Counted from the first letter of the stretch, positions 37,052 to 46,558 are shown. The stretch is 64,000 bases of DNA from Pseudolabrys sp. (GCF_035943735.1 NZ_DASZBV010000019.1:5463-69462), one strand, 5' to 3'. Made by a program: numbers and translations. Notes: generated by a model not told the origin, from the letters alone.

Positions 37052-37755
37052 ACCCCTGGGACCATCCGCTCATCACCAAGGGCATGACCACGCAGTTGGC
37101 GACGCGGCGGGCGCGCATCGCCGCCGGCGAGACGCCGCTCGGCTGGAAGGTCGGCCTCGGCTCGCCGACGAGCCTCGAGAAGCTCGGCATTGCCGCGCCG
37201 GCGATCGGCTATCTGATGCAGGGCGCGCAATTGCCATCCGGCGCGACGGTGTCGTTCAAGGGCTACGTCCGGCCGGTGGCGGAGATCGAGATCGCGGTGC
37301 GCATGGCGCGCGATCTCGAAGGCGACGCCACCGCCGCCGATGCGCTCGCGGCCATCGACAACATCCGGCCGGCGATCGAGATCGCCGATCTCGACCTTGT
37401 GCCGGCGCCGGACAATCTCGACGCCGTGCTGGCGCGCAACATCTTCCAGCGGCACGTGCTGCTCGGCGAGAACAGCCGCGCCGGCGGGGCGCTCGACGGC
37501 ATCGTCTCGCGCCTCATCCGCCGCGGCGTCGAGGCGAACAACACGTCCGATCCGGAAGCGCTGACCGGCAAGCTCATGGAGACCGTCGCGCATGTCGCCA
37601 ATACGCTCGCCGCCTTTGGCGAGACGCTGTCGGCCGGCGACATCATCATCACCGGCTCGATCACGCCGCCCTTGGTGATCGAGGGCGACGAGACCGCGCT
37701 CACGCACGCGCTCGATCCGATTGGCGAGGTGAGCGTCGGCTTCCGCCTCGACTAG
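37048..37755 (+). CDS. 2-keto-4-pentenoate hydratase / 4-oxalocrotonate decarboxylase (MhpD-like) family protein
   Basis: 235 aa, with an ATGA overlap with the upstream stop. MhpD-family pattern (GWKVGL, PAIEIAD, GDIIITGS). Confidence 0.75.
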   Translation: MNPWDHPLITKGMTTQLATRRARIAAGETPLGWKVGLGSPTSLEKLGIAAPAIGYLMQGAQLPSGATVSFKGYVRPVAEIEIAVRMARDLEGDATAADALAAIDNIRPAIEIADLDLVPAPDNLDAVLARNIFQRHVLLGENSRAGGALDGIVSRLIRRGVEANNTSDPEALTGKLMETVAHVANTLAAFGETLSAGDIIITGSITPPLVIEGDETALTHALDPIGEVSVGFRLD

Positions 37756-37762
37756 TTCGGCC

Positions 37763-37776
37763 TTGATCGAGGTCAA
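37763..37776. promoter_or_regulatory. FixK/FNR-type box TTGATCGAGGTCAA
   Basis: TTGA-N6-TCAA lies 55 nt upstream of the AhpD-like gene start. Confidence 0.6.
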
Positions 37777-37831
37777 CGGACGTCTCCGGCGGCGCGGCTA
37801 GAGTGGCCATGTCGCGACGGAGGACCTTCCG

Positions 37832-38197
37832 ATGATCAAGCAATGGCCAGAGACAACCGACGAGATCAAGGCGCTGATGCGTACGCTGCGCGGCGACACG
37901 CCCAACGTCATGAAGGCGTTCTCCGGACTGGCGCAGGCGGCTTTGGCGCCGCAAGCGCTCGACTGCAAGACGAAGGAGCTGATCGCGCTCGGTATCTCGG
38001 TGGCGATCCGCTGCGACGACTGCATCGGCTTCCACGTCAAGGCGGCGCTGGATCAAGGCGCCACGCGCGAGGAGATCGTCGAGGCGCTCGGTATGGCGGT
38101 GTACCTGGGCGCCGGCCCGGCGGTGATGTACGCGACGCACGCGCTCGACGCATTCGAGCAATTCCAGAATGCATCGCAGGCGAGCACCGCGGCCTGA
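37832..38197 (+). CDS. carboxymuconolactone decarboxylase (AhpD-like) family protein
   Basis: 121 aa with the CxxCxxxH motif (CDDCIGFH). RBS GGAGGA. Confidence 0.88.
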   Translation: MIKQWPETTDEIKALMRTLRGDTPNVMKAFSGLAQAALAPQALDCKTKELIALGISVAIRCDDCIGFHVKAALDQGATREEIVEALGMAVYLGAGPAVMYATHALDAFEQFQNASQASTAA

Positions 38198-38348
38198 CCA
38201 TACGCGCACACCGCAGAACAGTCGCTACTTGTTCCGCCCTGCTCCGTCTTTGGTCGGGCTCAAAAAGTATACCGCTTGCGCTGCCCCGTCGGTGCGCCCA
38301 TGTCCGGCCCGACAGCGTCCTTTCGACGGCATCCTCGCGGAGACTTCC

Positions 38349-39428
38349 ATGTCACTCCTGTTTTCCAAGGCCCAGCTCGGCCCGCTTACGCTGCAGAACC
38401 ATCTCGTCATCGCGCCAATGACGCGCAGTCGCGCCACCAACAACGTCCCGAACGACCTGATGGTGGAGTACTACGTGCAGCGCGGCTCGGCCGGGCTGAT
38501 CGTCACCGAGGGAACCTCGCCGTCGCCGAACGGGCTCGGCTATCCGCGCATTCCCGGCATTTTCTCCGAGGCGCAGGTCGCCGGCTGGAAGAAGATCACC
38601 GACGCAGTCCATGCGCGCGGCGCGAAGATCTTCGTGCAGCTGATGCACACCGGCCGCATCACGCATCCGCTCAACCTGCCGCAGGGCGGCGAGGTGGTGG
38701 CGCCGTCGGCGGTCAAGGCGGCGGGCCAGATGTATACCGATGCCGAGGGCATGAAGGACTTCGTCACGCCGCGCGCGATGAGCGAGGCCGACATCAAGCA
38801 TGCCGTCGCCGAGTTTACGCAGGCCGCAAAGAACGCGGTCGCCGCCGGCTTCGACGGCATCGAACTGCATGGCGCCAACGGCTACCTGCTCGAGCAGTTC
38901 ATCCGGCCGAACTCCAACAAGCGCACCGATAAATACGGCGGCTCCATCGAGAACCGTGCGCGCTTCGTGCTCGAAGTGGTCGCAGCCACCTGCGCCGCCA
39001 TCGGCAAGGACAGGGTCGGCATCCGCTTGTCGCCGTTCGGCGTGTTCAACGACATGCCCGACTATCCGGAGATGCTCGCCGATTACAGCTATCTCGCGGA
39101 AGCGCTCGACAGGACCGGGCTGCTCTACGTGCATCTCGTCGACCACAGCGCAAGCGGCGCACCGCCGGTGCCGGACGACATCAAGGCGCTCTACCGCAAG
39201 ACGTTCAAGCGCACCCTGATCCTGTCGGGCGGCTACGACGCCGCGCGCGCCGAAGCCGACCTCAAGGCCGGCAAAGCCGATCTGATCGCGGTCGGGCGGC
39301 CCTTTCTCGCCAACCCGGACCTGATCGAGCGCTGGAAGGAAGGCGCTGCCGAGAACGCGCCGGACATGGCGACGTTCTACACGCCGGGGCCGAAGGGCTA
39401 CACCGACTATCCGGCGCTCAGCGGCTGA
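38349..39428 (+). CDS. alkene reductase / NADH:flavin oxidoreductase (Old Yellow Enzyme, NemA-like)
   Basis: ATG at 38349 within the listed ORF 38169..39428. OYE motifs (APMTRSRA, HGANGYLLEQF, GRPFLANPDL). Confidence 0.9.
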   Translation: MSLLFSKAQLGPLTLQNHLVIAPMTRSRATNNVPNDLMVEYYVQRGSAGLIVTEGTSPSPNGLGYPRIPGIFSEAQVAGWKKITDAVHARGAKIFVQLMHTGRITHPLNLPQGGEVVAPSAVKAAGQMYTDAEGMKDFVTPRAMSEADIKHAVAEFTQAAKNAVAAGFDGIELHGANGYLLEQFIRPNSNKRTDKYGGSIENRARFVLEVVAATCAAIGKDRVGIRLSPFGVFNDMPDYPEMLADYSYLAEALDRTGLLYVHLVDHSASGAPPVPDDIKALYRKTFKRTLILSGGYDAARAEADLKAGKADLIAVGRPFLANPDLIERWKEGAAENAPDMATFYTPGPKGYTDYPALSG

Positions 39429-39444
39429 GCGCGGCGGCCGACGA

Positions 39445-41049
39445 TCACGGATAGAACTGATAAAGCCACGTCTCGCTCAGCGTCTCGTCGCCGAGTTTGA
39501 GATAGCAGCGCATGTCGAGCGGCTCCTTGCCCTCGAGGACGATATCGAAGAAGCCACGCCAGCGGTTGGTATCGACGACCTTGATCGTGTACGGGTTGAT
39601 GACCTTGCCGCGAGACAACGTCACCACCGGCTTGATGTCGTAGCGCGGTGCCATCTCCTCCATCGGCCCGCCTTCGAAGTCGATGACGAACTTCCACTCG
39701 TTCGGCGGCGGCGGCTGCCCCGGCACGCCGCCGCGGCCGATGCGCGTCGCCACCACGCGCGCCAGATTGGGCGGATGCGGCTCCGCGTCCTGCCAATAGA
39801 GGCGGTAGTCGAGCGAGAGACTATCGCCGGCTTTCACCGGCTTCTTCGGCGTCCAGTAGGCGACGACGTTGTCGTGGATCTCGTCGTCGGTCGGAATCTC
39901 GACGAGCTCCACGGCACCCTCGCCCCATTGTCCGACAGGCTCGACCCAGACGCTCGGCCGCCGGTTATAGAAGGCGCCGTCGTCCTGGTAGTCGTTAAAG
40001 TCATGGTCGCGCTGCAAGAGCCCGAAGCCCTTCGGATCGACGTCGATGAAGGAATTGGTCAGCACCGAGGGCGGATCGATCAGCGGCCGCCAGATGCGCT
40101 CGCCCTTGCCGGTCCACAGCGCGAGGCCGTCGCAGTCGTGCACCTCGGGACGCCAGTCGATGGCGCGGCGGCGGTCGTTCTCGCCGTACCAGTACATGCT
40201 GGTGAGCGGCGCAAAGCCAAGCCGCGGCACGTCGGTGCGCGCGAACAGATCGACATGCACGGTCATGACGACGGCGGCGTCGCCGCGCCGCGCGTCGAAG
40301 CGATAGGCGCCAGTGACGCTTGGTCCTTCGAGCAGGGCATAGATGGTGACGATGTCCGGAGCGCCGGTCTCCATCAGCCAGAATTGCGAGAAGCGCGGAA
40401 ACTCCTCCGGCTGCGGCAGCGCCGTGTTCACGGCGATGCCGCGCGCCGAGGTGCCGTACTGCCCGCGCGGACCGGAACTGCGGAAATAGCTGGCGCCCTG
40501 GAAGGCCAGCCAGTCGGTTTCGCTCGCGCGCGAATTCATGACGCGGAAGCCGGAGAAGCCGAGATCGTTCGGCAGCCGCGCGGCGAACGCCGGATCGCCG
40601 TAGGCGAAGCAATCCTTGCTGAACAATACGCGCCGCGCTTTGCCCTTCTCGACCGCGTGCACGTCGACGGGAAGATAGTTGAATTTGTCGAGATGGAAGA
40701 AGCGCGCCGGCAGCGAGCCGGGCCCGTCCTTCCACAACGCACATTCGGCGCGAAATTTGATTTTCTGGATGGCGTCGAAGTCGATGCCCTGCACGAGGAT
40801 CGGCACCGGCGCGCGCGGCGCGGCGTAGGGCTGGGCGGCCAGCGCCTGCGCCCGCTGGCGCAGCGCGTCGGGATCGAACGGCTGCGGCGGACCGAGCTGC
40901 AGGCCGTTGGCGGCGGCCGCCCCGCCATTGCTCGTCACGGCCGCGAGCACTGAGGTCAGGCCGAAGCCAAGAACATATCGGCGATTGATCGGAATGACGA
41001 GCTCCCCTGCCGCGCCCCCGGACGGGCGTTTAAGCGCGGGTGGGGACAC
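39445..41049 (-). CDS. opgD: periplasmic glucan biosynthesis protein OpgD/MdoD (Tat-exported MdoG family)
   Basis: MdoG-family sequence throughout, with a twin-arginine motif INRRYVLGFGLT. There is no in-frame ATG near the N-terminus. I place the start at GTG 41049, with an alternative ATT at 40995. The rest of the listed 1098-aa ORF is antisense shadow of tldD. Confidence 0.85.
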   Translation of the reverse strand: MSPPALKRPSGGAAGELVIPINRRYVLGFGLTSVLAAVTSNGGAAAANGLQLGPPQPFDPDALRQRAQALAAQPYAAPRAPVPILVQGIDFDAIQKIKFRAECALWKDGPGSLPARFFHLDKFNYLPVDVHAVEKGKARRVLFSKDCFAYGDPAFAARLPNDLGFSGFRVMNSRASETDWLAFQGASYFRSSGPRGQYGTSARGIAVNTALPQPEEFPRFSQFWLMETGAPDIVTIYALLEGPSVTGAYRFDARRGDAAVVMTVHVDLFARTDVPRLGFAPLTSMYWYGENDRRRAIDWRPEVHDCDGLALWTGKGERIWRPLIDPPSVLTNSFIDVDPKGFGLLQRDHDFNDYQDDGAFYNRRPSVWVEPVGQWGEGAVELVEIPTDDEIHDNVVAYWTPKKPVKAGDSLSLDYRLYWQDAEPHPPNLARVVATRIGRGGVPGQPPPPNEWKFVIDFEGGPMEEMAPRYDIKPVVTLSRGKVINPYTIKVVDTNRWRGFFDIVLEGKEPLDMRCYLKLGDETLSETWLYQFYP

Positions 41050-41154
41050 TTGGTTCCGCGCGGCGCGGGCTCCCGGCCGCCTGCCCTCGCCAAAAGGCCA
41101 CAGACGTCCTATCTGATGCAGCGAGGGCACATTCCCGCCGGGAGCAAAATACCA

Positions 41155-42576
41155 ATGGATCCAGCGATCTCGTCCCTGATCGACAGGGCCGGTCTCGACC
41201 GCGGCAAAGTCCGTCAGTTGGTCGGCCACGGGCTGGAAGGGGCCGACGACGGCGAGTTCTTCCTCGAATACCGCCAGGCCGAGGTGCTGGTGTTCGACAA
41301 CGGGCGCCTGAAGCAGGCGACCTACGACACGGCACAGGGCTTCGGCCTGCGCGCGGTCAAGGACGAAGCGGTCGGCTACGCTCACGCCTCCGACATGTCG
41401 GAAGCGGCACTGGCGCGCGCCGCCGAGGCTGTTCGCGCCGTCAAGGGCGGCTATTCCGGCAGCTATGCCGATGCGCCCGGCCGCACCAACCGCAAGCTCT
41501 ACGGCGACGCAAACCCGCTCGCGCAGCCGGCGTTCGACGCCAAGGTGAAGCTGCTCGGCGAGATCGACGCTTATGCGCGCGCCAAGGACCCGCGCGTGCG
41601 GCAGGTGTCGGCGAGCATCGCCGCGACCTGGCAGGTCGTCGAAATCCTGCGCACCGACGGCGAGATCTATCGCGACATCCGGCCGCTGGTGCGGCTGAGC
41701 GTCTCCGTCGTCACCGGCGACGGCGACCGGCAGGAGACCGGCTCGTTCGGCTTCGGCGGCCGCGAGGGTTACGAACGTTTCATCACCACGCACTCCTGGC
41801 AGGGTGCGGTCGACGAGGCCGTGCGTCAGGCGCTGGTCAATCTCGAGGCGGTGCCGGCACCAGCCGGCGAGATGGACGTGGTGCTCGGCGCCGGCTGGCC
41901 CGGCGTCATGCTGCACGAGGCCGTCGGCCACGGACTCGAGGGCGACTTCAACCGCAAGAAGACGTCTGCTTTTGCCGGCCTGATGGGCAAGCAGGTGGCC
42001 GCCAAGGGCGTCACCGTCGTCGACGACGGCACGATGAATTCGCGCCGCGGTTCTCTGTCCATCGACGACGAAGGCACGCCGACCAATCGCACCGTGCTGA
42101 TCGAGGACGGCATTCTCGTCGGTTACATGCAGGACCGGCAGAACGCGCGGCTGATGGGCATGAAGCCGACCGGCAACGGCCGGCGCGAAAGCCACGCGCA
42201 TGTGCCGATGCCACGCATGACAAACACCTACATGCTCGCAGGCAACACGCCGCGCGAAGAGATCATCGCCTCGGTGAAGAACGGCCTCTATGCCGTGAAC
42301 TTCGGCGGCGGCCAGGTCGACATCACCTCGGGCAAGTACGTGTTCCAGTGCACGGAGGCCTACAAGATCGAGAACGGCAAGGTGACGGCGCCGGTGAAGG
42401 GCGCCATGCTGATCGGCAATGGGCCGACCGATCTCAACCGGATCACGATGATCGGCAATGACTTCGCGCTCGATCCCGGCATCGGCACCTGCGGCAAGAA
42501 CGGCCAGGGTGTGCCGGTCGGCGTCGGCCAGCCGAGCTTGCGCATGGACAAGATCACCGTCGGAGGCACGGCCTGA
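41155..42576 (+). CDS. tldD: metalloprotease TldD
   Basis: ATG at 41155. TldD/PmbA family with HEAVGHGLE. Confidence 0.92.
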   Translation: MDPAISSLIDRAGLDRGKVRQLVGHGLEGADDGEFFLEYRQAEVLVFDNGRLKQATYDTAQGFGLRAVKDEAVGYAHASDMSEAALARAAEAVRAVKGGYSGSYADAPGRTNRKLYGDANPLAQPAFDAKVKLLGEIDAYARAKDPRVRQVSASIAATWQVVEILRTDGEIYRDIRPLVRLSVSVVTGDGDRQETGSFGFGGREGYERFITTHSWQGAVDEAVRQALVNLEAVPAPAGEMDVVLGAGWPGVMLHEAVGHGLEGDFNRKKTSAFAGLMGKQVAAKGVTVVDDGTMNSRRGSLSIDDEGTPTNRTVLIEDGILVGYMQDRQNARLMGMKPTGNGRRESHAHVPMPRMTNTYMLAGNTPREEIIASVKNGLYAVNFGGGQVDITSGKYVFQCTEAYKIENGKVTAPVKGAMLIGNGPTDLNRITMIGNDFALDPGIGTCGKNGQGVPVGVGQPSLRMDKITVGGTA

Positions 42577-43364
42577 TGGCGACGAGCGAAAATCGCGCCG
42601 ACAAGAGCGCCAAGACAGACGGCTCCGCCCGCGGCTGGGGCAAGGCCATCCTCGACATCGTCGGCATCGTGCTGGTGGTGATGGTGGCGAAGACCGCCAT
42701 CGCCGAACCGTTCTACGTGCCGTCCGGCTCCATGGAGCCAACGCTGCAGATCGGCGACGAGTTGCTCGCGACCAAATACCCTTACGGCTACAGCACCGCC
42801 TCCCTGCCCGGCTTCGTGACGCTGCCGAACAGCAACCGCATCTTCGGCGAACTGCCCAAGCACGGCGACGTCGTCGTCTTCCGCTGGCCGGGCGATCGCT
42901 CGCAGGTATGGGTGAAGCGTGTCATCGGTCTGCCCGGCGACAAGGTCGCGCTGCATGACGGCCGCGTCATCATCAACGGCGCGCCGGTCGGCATGACGCC
43001 GGACGGCACCGGCAAGGTCGAGAGCGAGGACGGCTCGCGCACCAGCGCGGCGCGCTACATCGAAACGCTGCCGGGCGGCCGCAAGCACGTGATCTTCAAG
43101 CTCACGCCGTTCGAGCCGCTCGACAACATGGCGGAGACGACGATCCCGCCCGGGCACCTGTTCGTCATGGGCGACAACCGCGACAACTCCGCCGACAGCC
43201 GCGTGCCCTTGCGCGACGGCGGCGTCGGCATGCTGCCGGTCGACGATCTCGTCGGCCGCGTCGACGCGGTGGTCGGTTCGTGGGATCTGGGCATGAAACA
43301 CCAGCCGATCTGGACCTGGCCGCAGGGCTTGCGGCTGTCGCGATTCTTCACCGCGGTTCATTAG
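42576..43364 (+). CDS. lepB: signal peptidase I
   Basis: SGSMEPTL (catalytic Ser), KRVIGLPGD (Lys) and GDNRDNSADSR. TGATG overlap with tldD. Confidence 0.93.
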   Translation: MATSENRADKSAKTDGSARGWGKAILDIVGIVLVVMVAKTAIAEPFYVPSGSMEPTLQIGDELLATKYPYGYSTASLPGFVTLPNSNRIFGELPKHGDVVVFRWPGDRSQVWVKRVIGLPGDKVALHDGRVIINGAPVGMTPDGTGKVESEDGSRTSAARYIETLPGGRKHVIFKLTPFEPLDNMAETTIPPGHLFVMGDNRDNSADSRVPLRDGGVGMLPVDDLVGRVDAVVGSWDLGMKHQPIWTWPQGLRLSRFFTAVH

Positions 43365-43389
43365 TTTTCAGGATGACTCGCAGCCGTCT

Positions 43390-43415
43390 GCGGATGCCGG
43401 CACTCCGGCATCCGC
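43390..43415 (+). terminator. hairpin downstream of lepB
   Basis: GCGGATGCCGG-cact-CCGGCATCCGC, an 11-bp perfect stem with a weak U-tract. Confidence 0.5.
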
Positions 43416-43578
43416 TTACTCATCGTCCGCCAGCGGCTCATTTGGCTACGGTCGCGACCTGGGCGGGCATACCCGGATCGACTACGACGTCGCCGGCGTT
43501 CGCTGCAGCATCACCGCGAGGCTTTGATTGGATTGCTGCGCGCGCGCCTGAGGGCGACGGTTTCAGCGCGACACGCGC

Positions 43579-44118
43579 CTAGCGCACCACGCCGGAGATG
43601 CAGCACGGTTTCTTGCGCGGGCGCGTGATCTTGTCCTTGAGGAAGCAGCGCGCGGCGGCGCTGCCGTAGCCGGGGCGCACATAGGTCCAGGCGCGGCACT
43701 TGGCGTCGCCGGTACAGGCGGCCCGGCACGGCTCGCCGGCGGGATCGGGCGCCGGCATGTCCACGCTGCGATAGTCGCCGCCGGTGCGGTCGATCGAATA
43801 TTCGACGGCGCCGCGCGTCGGCTCGATCACCCCGGCGCCGCGTACGCCGGAGACGCAGCAGGCATCCTCCGTCCGCGGCACCACCTTGTTCTTGAGGCCG
43901 CAACTGGCCAGCGTGCTGCGGGTGCGCGGATAGGAAAAACTCCACGCGCGGCAGCGGGCGTCGCGCTCGCAGCGGGCCGCGCACACGGCGGGGTCGCCCG
44001 ATTTGACGTCGAAGTGCAGGTAATCGCCGCCATGGCGGTCGTAGCCCAACTGCGCCTGGGCGGCACAGGAAAGCGCAAACAGCGCCAGCGCAGCCACTAC
44101 CCCGAAACGTAAGCCCAT
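43579..44118 (-). CDS. secreted protein with two PAN/Apple-like domains
   Basis: ATG at 44118 plus a signal peptide. Two tandem modules share the pattern GGDY...C..AC..DA.CRAW(S/T)(F/Y)..P......A.C.LK.K..P.....CC(V/I)SGV. Confidence 0.75.
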   Translation of the reverse strand: MGLRFGVVAALALFALSCAAQAQLGYDRHGGDYLHFDVKSGDPAVCAARCERDARCRAWSFSYPRTRSTLASCGLKNKVVPRTEDACCVSGVRGAGVIEPTRGAVEYSIDRTGGDYRSVDMPAPDPAGEPCRAACTGDAKCRAWTYVRPGYGSAAARCFLKDKITRPRKKPCCISGVVR

Positions 44119-44326
44119 TGCGCTGCCTGACGTTCGATGACCGAGCGCCGTCCCCGGCGGCATGATAGCGCACCCGACCCGTTTTTTGCAGATGCCGCAT
44201 GACAGAAACGAGCCGGCGGGTCAAAATCCTGCGCCACTGATGGAGGATTGCCGGGGGGCGCCCGCTTCGATTGCCGCCGATGGCCGCTCGGCCAGCGCAG
44301 CCGGTGTACCGCCTTCATTTGTCGTG

Positions 44327-45982
44327 ATGCTGCCGGGACAAACGACCCACCCACTTTCGGCGCGCCTGCGCGCCCGCCTTGGCGCGGTCTCCGCCTATGA
44401 CGCGGCGACCGTCGTGCTGCTGCTTGCGCTCGTGGTCCTCGTCTTTGTCACCTATCAGTCCTATGCGGTGTCCAACGACGAGCCGGTGCAGCAGCACTAC
44501 GGCACGCTGATCCTCGATTACTTCCGCAGCGGCTTCACCGACCGGTCGCTGTTTCACTACGTCAATCTCTATCTGTACGGCGGGCTCTTCGACATCTTCG
44601 CCAACCTGCTGGAAAAGCTATTCCCGTCCGCCGACCTCTACGATGTCCGCCATATCTTCTGCGCGCTGATCGGCATCGGCGGCATCGGCGGCGCCTGGGC
44701 CACCGCCCGCCTCGTCTCCGGTCCGCGCGCGGGCGCCATCGCGGCTTTCTCGCTGGCGACCTGCGGGCCGTGGTACGGCGCGATGTTCAACCACACCAAG
44801 GACATTCCCTTCGCCGCGGCGATGATCGGGGCTGCCTACTTCCTGCTGCGCGCGACGCGCGAACTGCCGCGGCCCGGCCGCACGGCAGTGTTCGGCTTCG
44901 GCCTCCTGCTCGGCGCCGCGCTCGGCATCCGCGTGCTCGGCCTGCTGCTCGTCGGCTATGCCGGTCTCGCCATCCTCAGTCACATGCCGGCGCGCAAGGC
45001 CGAGCCGATGCGCGATCAGCTCACCTTCTTCGCGCAATCGGTGATCGCTCTGACGCCCGCCTTCCTGATTGGCTATGTGCTGATGACCTTTGCCTGGCCA
45101 TGGTCGGCGCTGGCGCCGCTCAATCCGGTGCGCGGGCTCGTCGATTTCGGCGAGTTCAACTATCACATCAGCACGCTGCTCGACGGCCACATCTACCAGA
45201 TGGGCAACGTGCCGCGCTGGTACGTGCCGCTCTATCTGCTGATCAAGCTGCCGCTGCTCATTCTCGCCGGCACGCTCCTGGCGCTGCCGGTGCTGCGGAA
45301 GCCGGCGGCCGACGCGCCGCGCTCTTGGCGCCGCAGTGAGACGGGCCTGCTCATGTTCATGGCCGTGTTTCCCGTGCTGTGCGAGGTGGTCGACCGCGGC
45401 CCCGCCTTCACCGGCATACGGCATTTCCTCTTCGTCGTTCCGCTCTTCGCCGTGCTCGCCGGCATCGGCATCGACTGGCTGATCGGCAGACTCGCGCAGC
45501 GGCAAACCTTGATCGCCGCCGCCGCCGGCGCCGTCGTCGTCGCGCTCCTCATCTCCAACGCGGTGCTGCTCGTCGAGCTGCATCCGTACCAGTACCTCTA
45601 CTACAATCCGCTGGTCGGCGGCCTCGAAGGCGCGTCGCGCCGCTTCGCCACCGATTACTGGGTCGACATCATGCCGGAGGCGGTCGACGATCTCGAAGCC
45701 TATGTCGCCGAGCTCGACGGTCCGCAGAAGGGCGAGCATCGCTACACGGTCGCGGTGTGCGGCCAGCGCGAATCGTTCGAGGACGAAGCGCACGGCGATC
45801 CCAGCCTGCAATGGGTCGACGACTGGAGCAAAGCCGACTTCTTCATCGCGCCGACGCACATGAATTGCGATCGCGCGCTCGACGGCCGTGTCGTCGCCAG
45901 CATCTCGCGCCTCGGCGTGCTGATCGGCGTGGTCAAGGACCGGCGCGCGCTCGTGCGGCACAGCGAGGTGCACACAAAATGA
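44327..45982 (+). CDS. GT-C fold glycosyltransferase (family 39 / ArnT-PMT-like) membrane protein
   Basis: Polytopic protein with a DE motif in the first loop (SNDEPVQQHYG) and an ArnT/PMT_2-like core. The start is uncertain; the listed ORF begins at 44162. Confidence 0.75.
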   Translation: MLPGQTTHPLSARLRARLGAVSAYDAATVVLLLALVVLVFVTYQSYAVSNDEPVQQHYGTLILDYFRSGFTDRSLFHYVNLYLYGGLFDIFANLLEKLFPSADLYDVRHIFCALIGIGGIGGAWATARLVSGPRAGAIAAFSLATCGPWYGAMFNHTKDIPFAAAMIGAAYFLLRATRELPRPGRTAVFGFGLLLGAALGIRVLGLLLVGYAGLAILSHMPARKAEPMRDQLTFFAQSVIALTPAFLIGYVLMTFAWPWSALAPLNPVRGLVDFGEFNYHISTLLDGHIYQMGNVPRWYVPLYLLIKLPLLILAGTLLALPVLRKPAADAPRSWRRSETGLLMFMAVFPVLCEVVDRGPAFTGIRHFLFVVPLFAVLAGIGIDWLIGRLAQRQTLIAAAAGAVVVALLISNAVLLVELHPYQYLYYNPLVGGLEGASRRFATDYWVDIMPEAVDDLEAYVAELDGPQKGEHRYTVAVCGQRESFEDEAHGDPSLQWVDDWSKADFFIAPTHMNCDRALDGRVVASISRLGVLIGVVKDRRALVRHSEVHTK

Positions 45983-46055
45983 AGCGCCCGTCGGAGGGGC
46001 CGACGGGCGCTGGATCCGGCCGCGAGAGGGGATGTTCGCAGATCTCCCGGATCAG

Positions 46056-46088
46056 AACGGCCGATGAGAGGGGTCGGCCGTTTTCTTG
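46056..46088 (+). terminator. rho-independent terminator
   Basis: GAACGGCCGA-tgagagggg-TCGGCCGTT followed by TTCTT. Confidence 0.6.
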
Positions 46089-46091
46089 AAT

Positions 46092-46439
46092 TCAGATCGA
46101 ATGCCGCGCCGACCGGTCCGTACGCGGACGCTGGAACGACTGCCCGACCTCGTCGCGCATCAGCGCGCTATTCCAGCGGCGTTCGATCGCGCGCTCGCGC
46201 AGCAGCGCGGTCGGATCCTCCCAGAACGGCTCGGAGAAGGCGTCGCGCAGGTCGGAGCGGCTGATGCCGATGTCGGCGAGCATGCGGCGATCGAGACGGG
46301 CGAGCGCGGCGGCATCGCGGCGATGGCGGCGCGCGCGGGCGAACCGTTTGGCGCCGGACGTCATCGTCGACAGGCCCCAGACGAAGGCGCGCAGCAGCGT
46401 GCCTCCGGCCACGGGGATGACGGGATATTGCGCGCTCAT
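46092..46439 (-). CDS. DUF1127 domain protein (long variant)
   Basis: DUF1127 core RRHRRDAAALARLDRRMLADIGISRSDL. At 115 aa it is longer than typical family members; an internal ATG (M26) is an alternative start. Confidence 0.7.
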   Translation of the reverse strand: MSAQYPVIPVAGGTLLRAFVWGLSTMTSGAKRFARARRHRRDAAALARLDRRMLADIGISRSDLRDAFSEPFWEDPTALLRERAIERRWNSALMRDEVGQSFQRPRTDRSARHSI

Positions 46440-46558
46440 CTTCAGTCTCCTTGCGGTGTGCCGGGCGCCCTTGCCGATCTACGGCGCCAGGGATGCCGAA
46501 CCCACCCGAAAGCCCCACCCGATTCCGGTGGGACAGCCACCATGCGGCCCCGGTATTG

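Noticed and set aside
41050-42741. The N-terminal ~560 aa of the listed 1098-aa ORF 39445..42741 (-).
   Set aside because: Only the part downstream of the twin-arginine motif is MdoG/OpgD-like. The upstream part is antisense to tldD/lepB and is low complexity.
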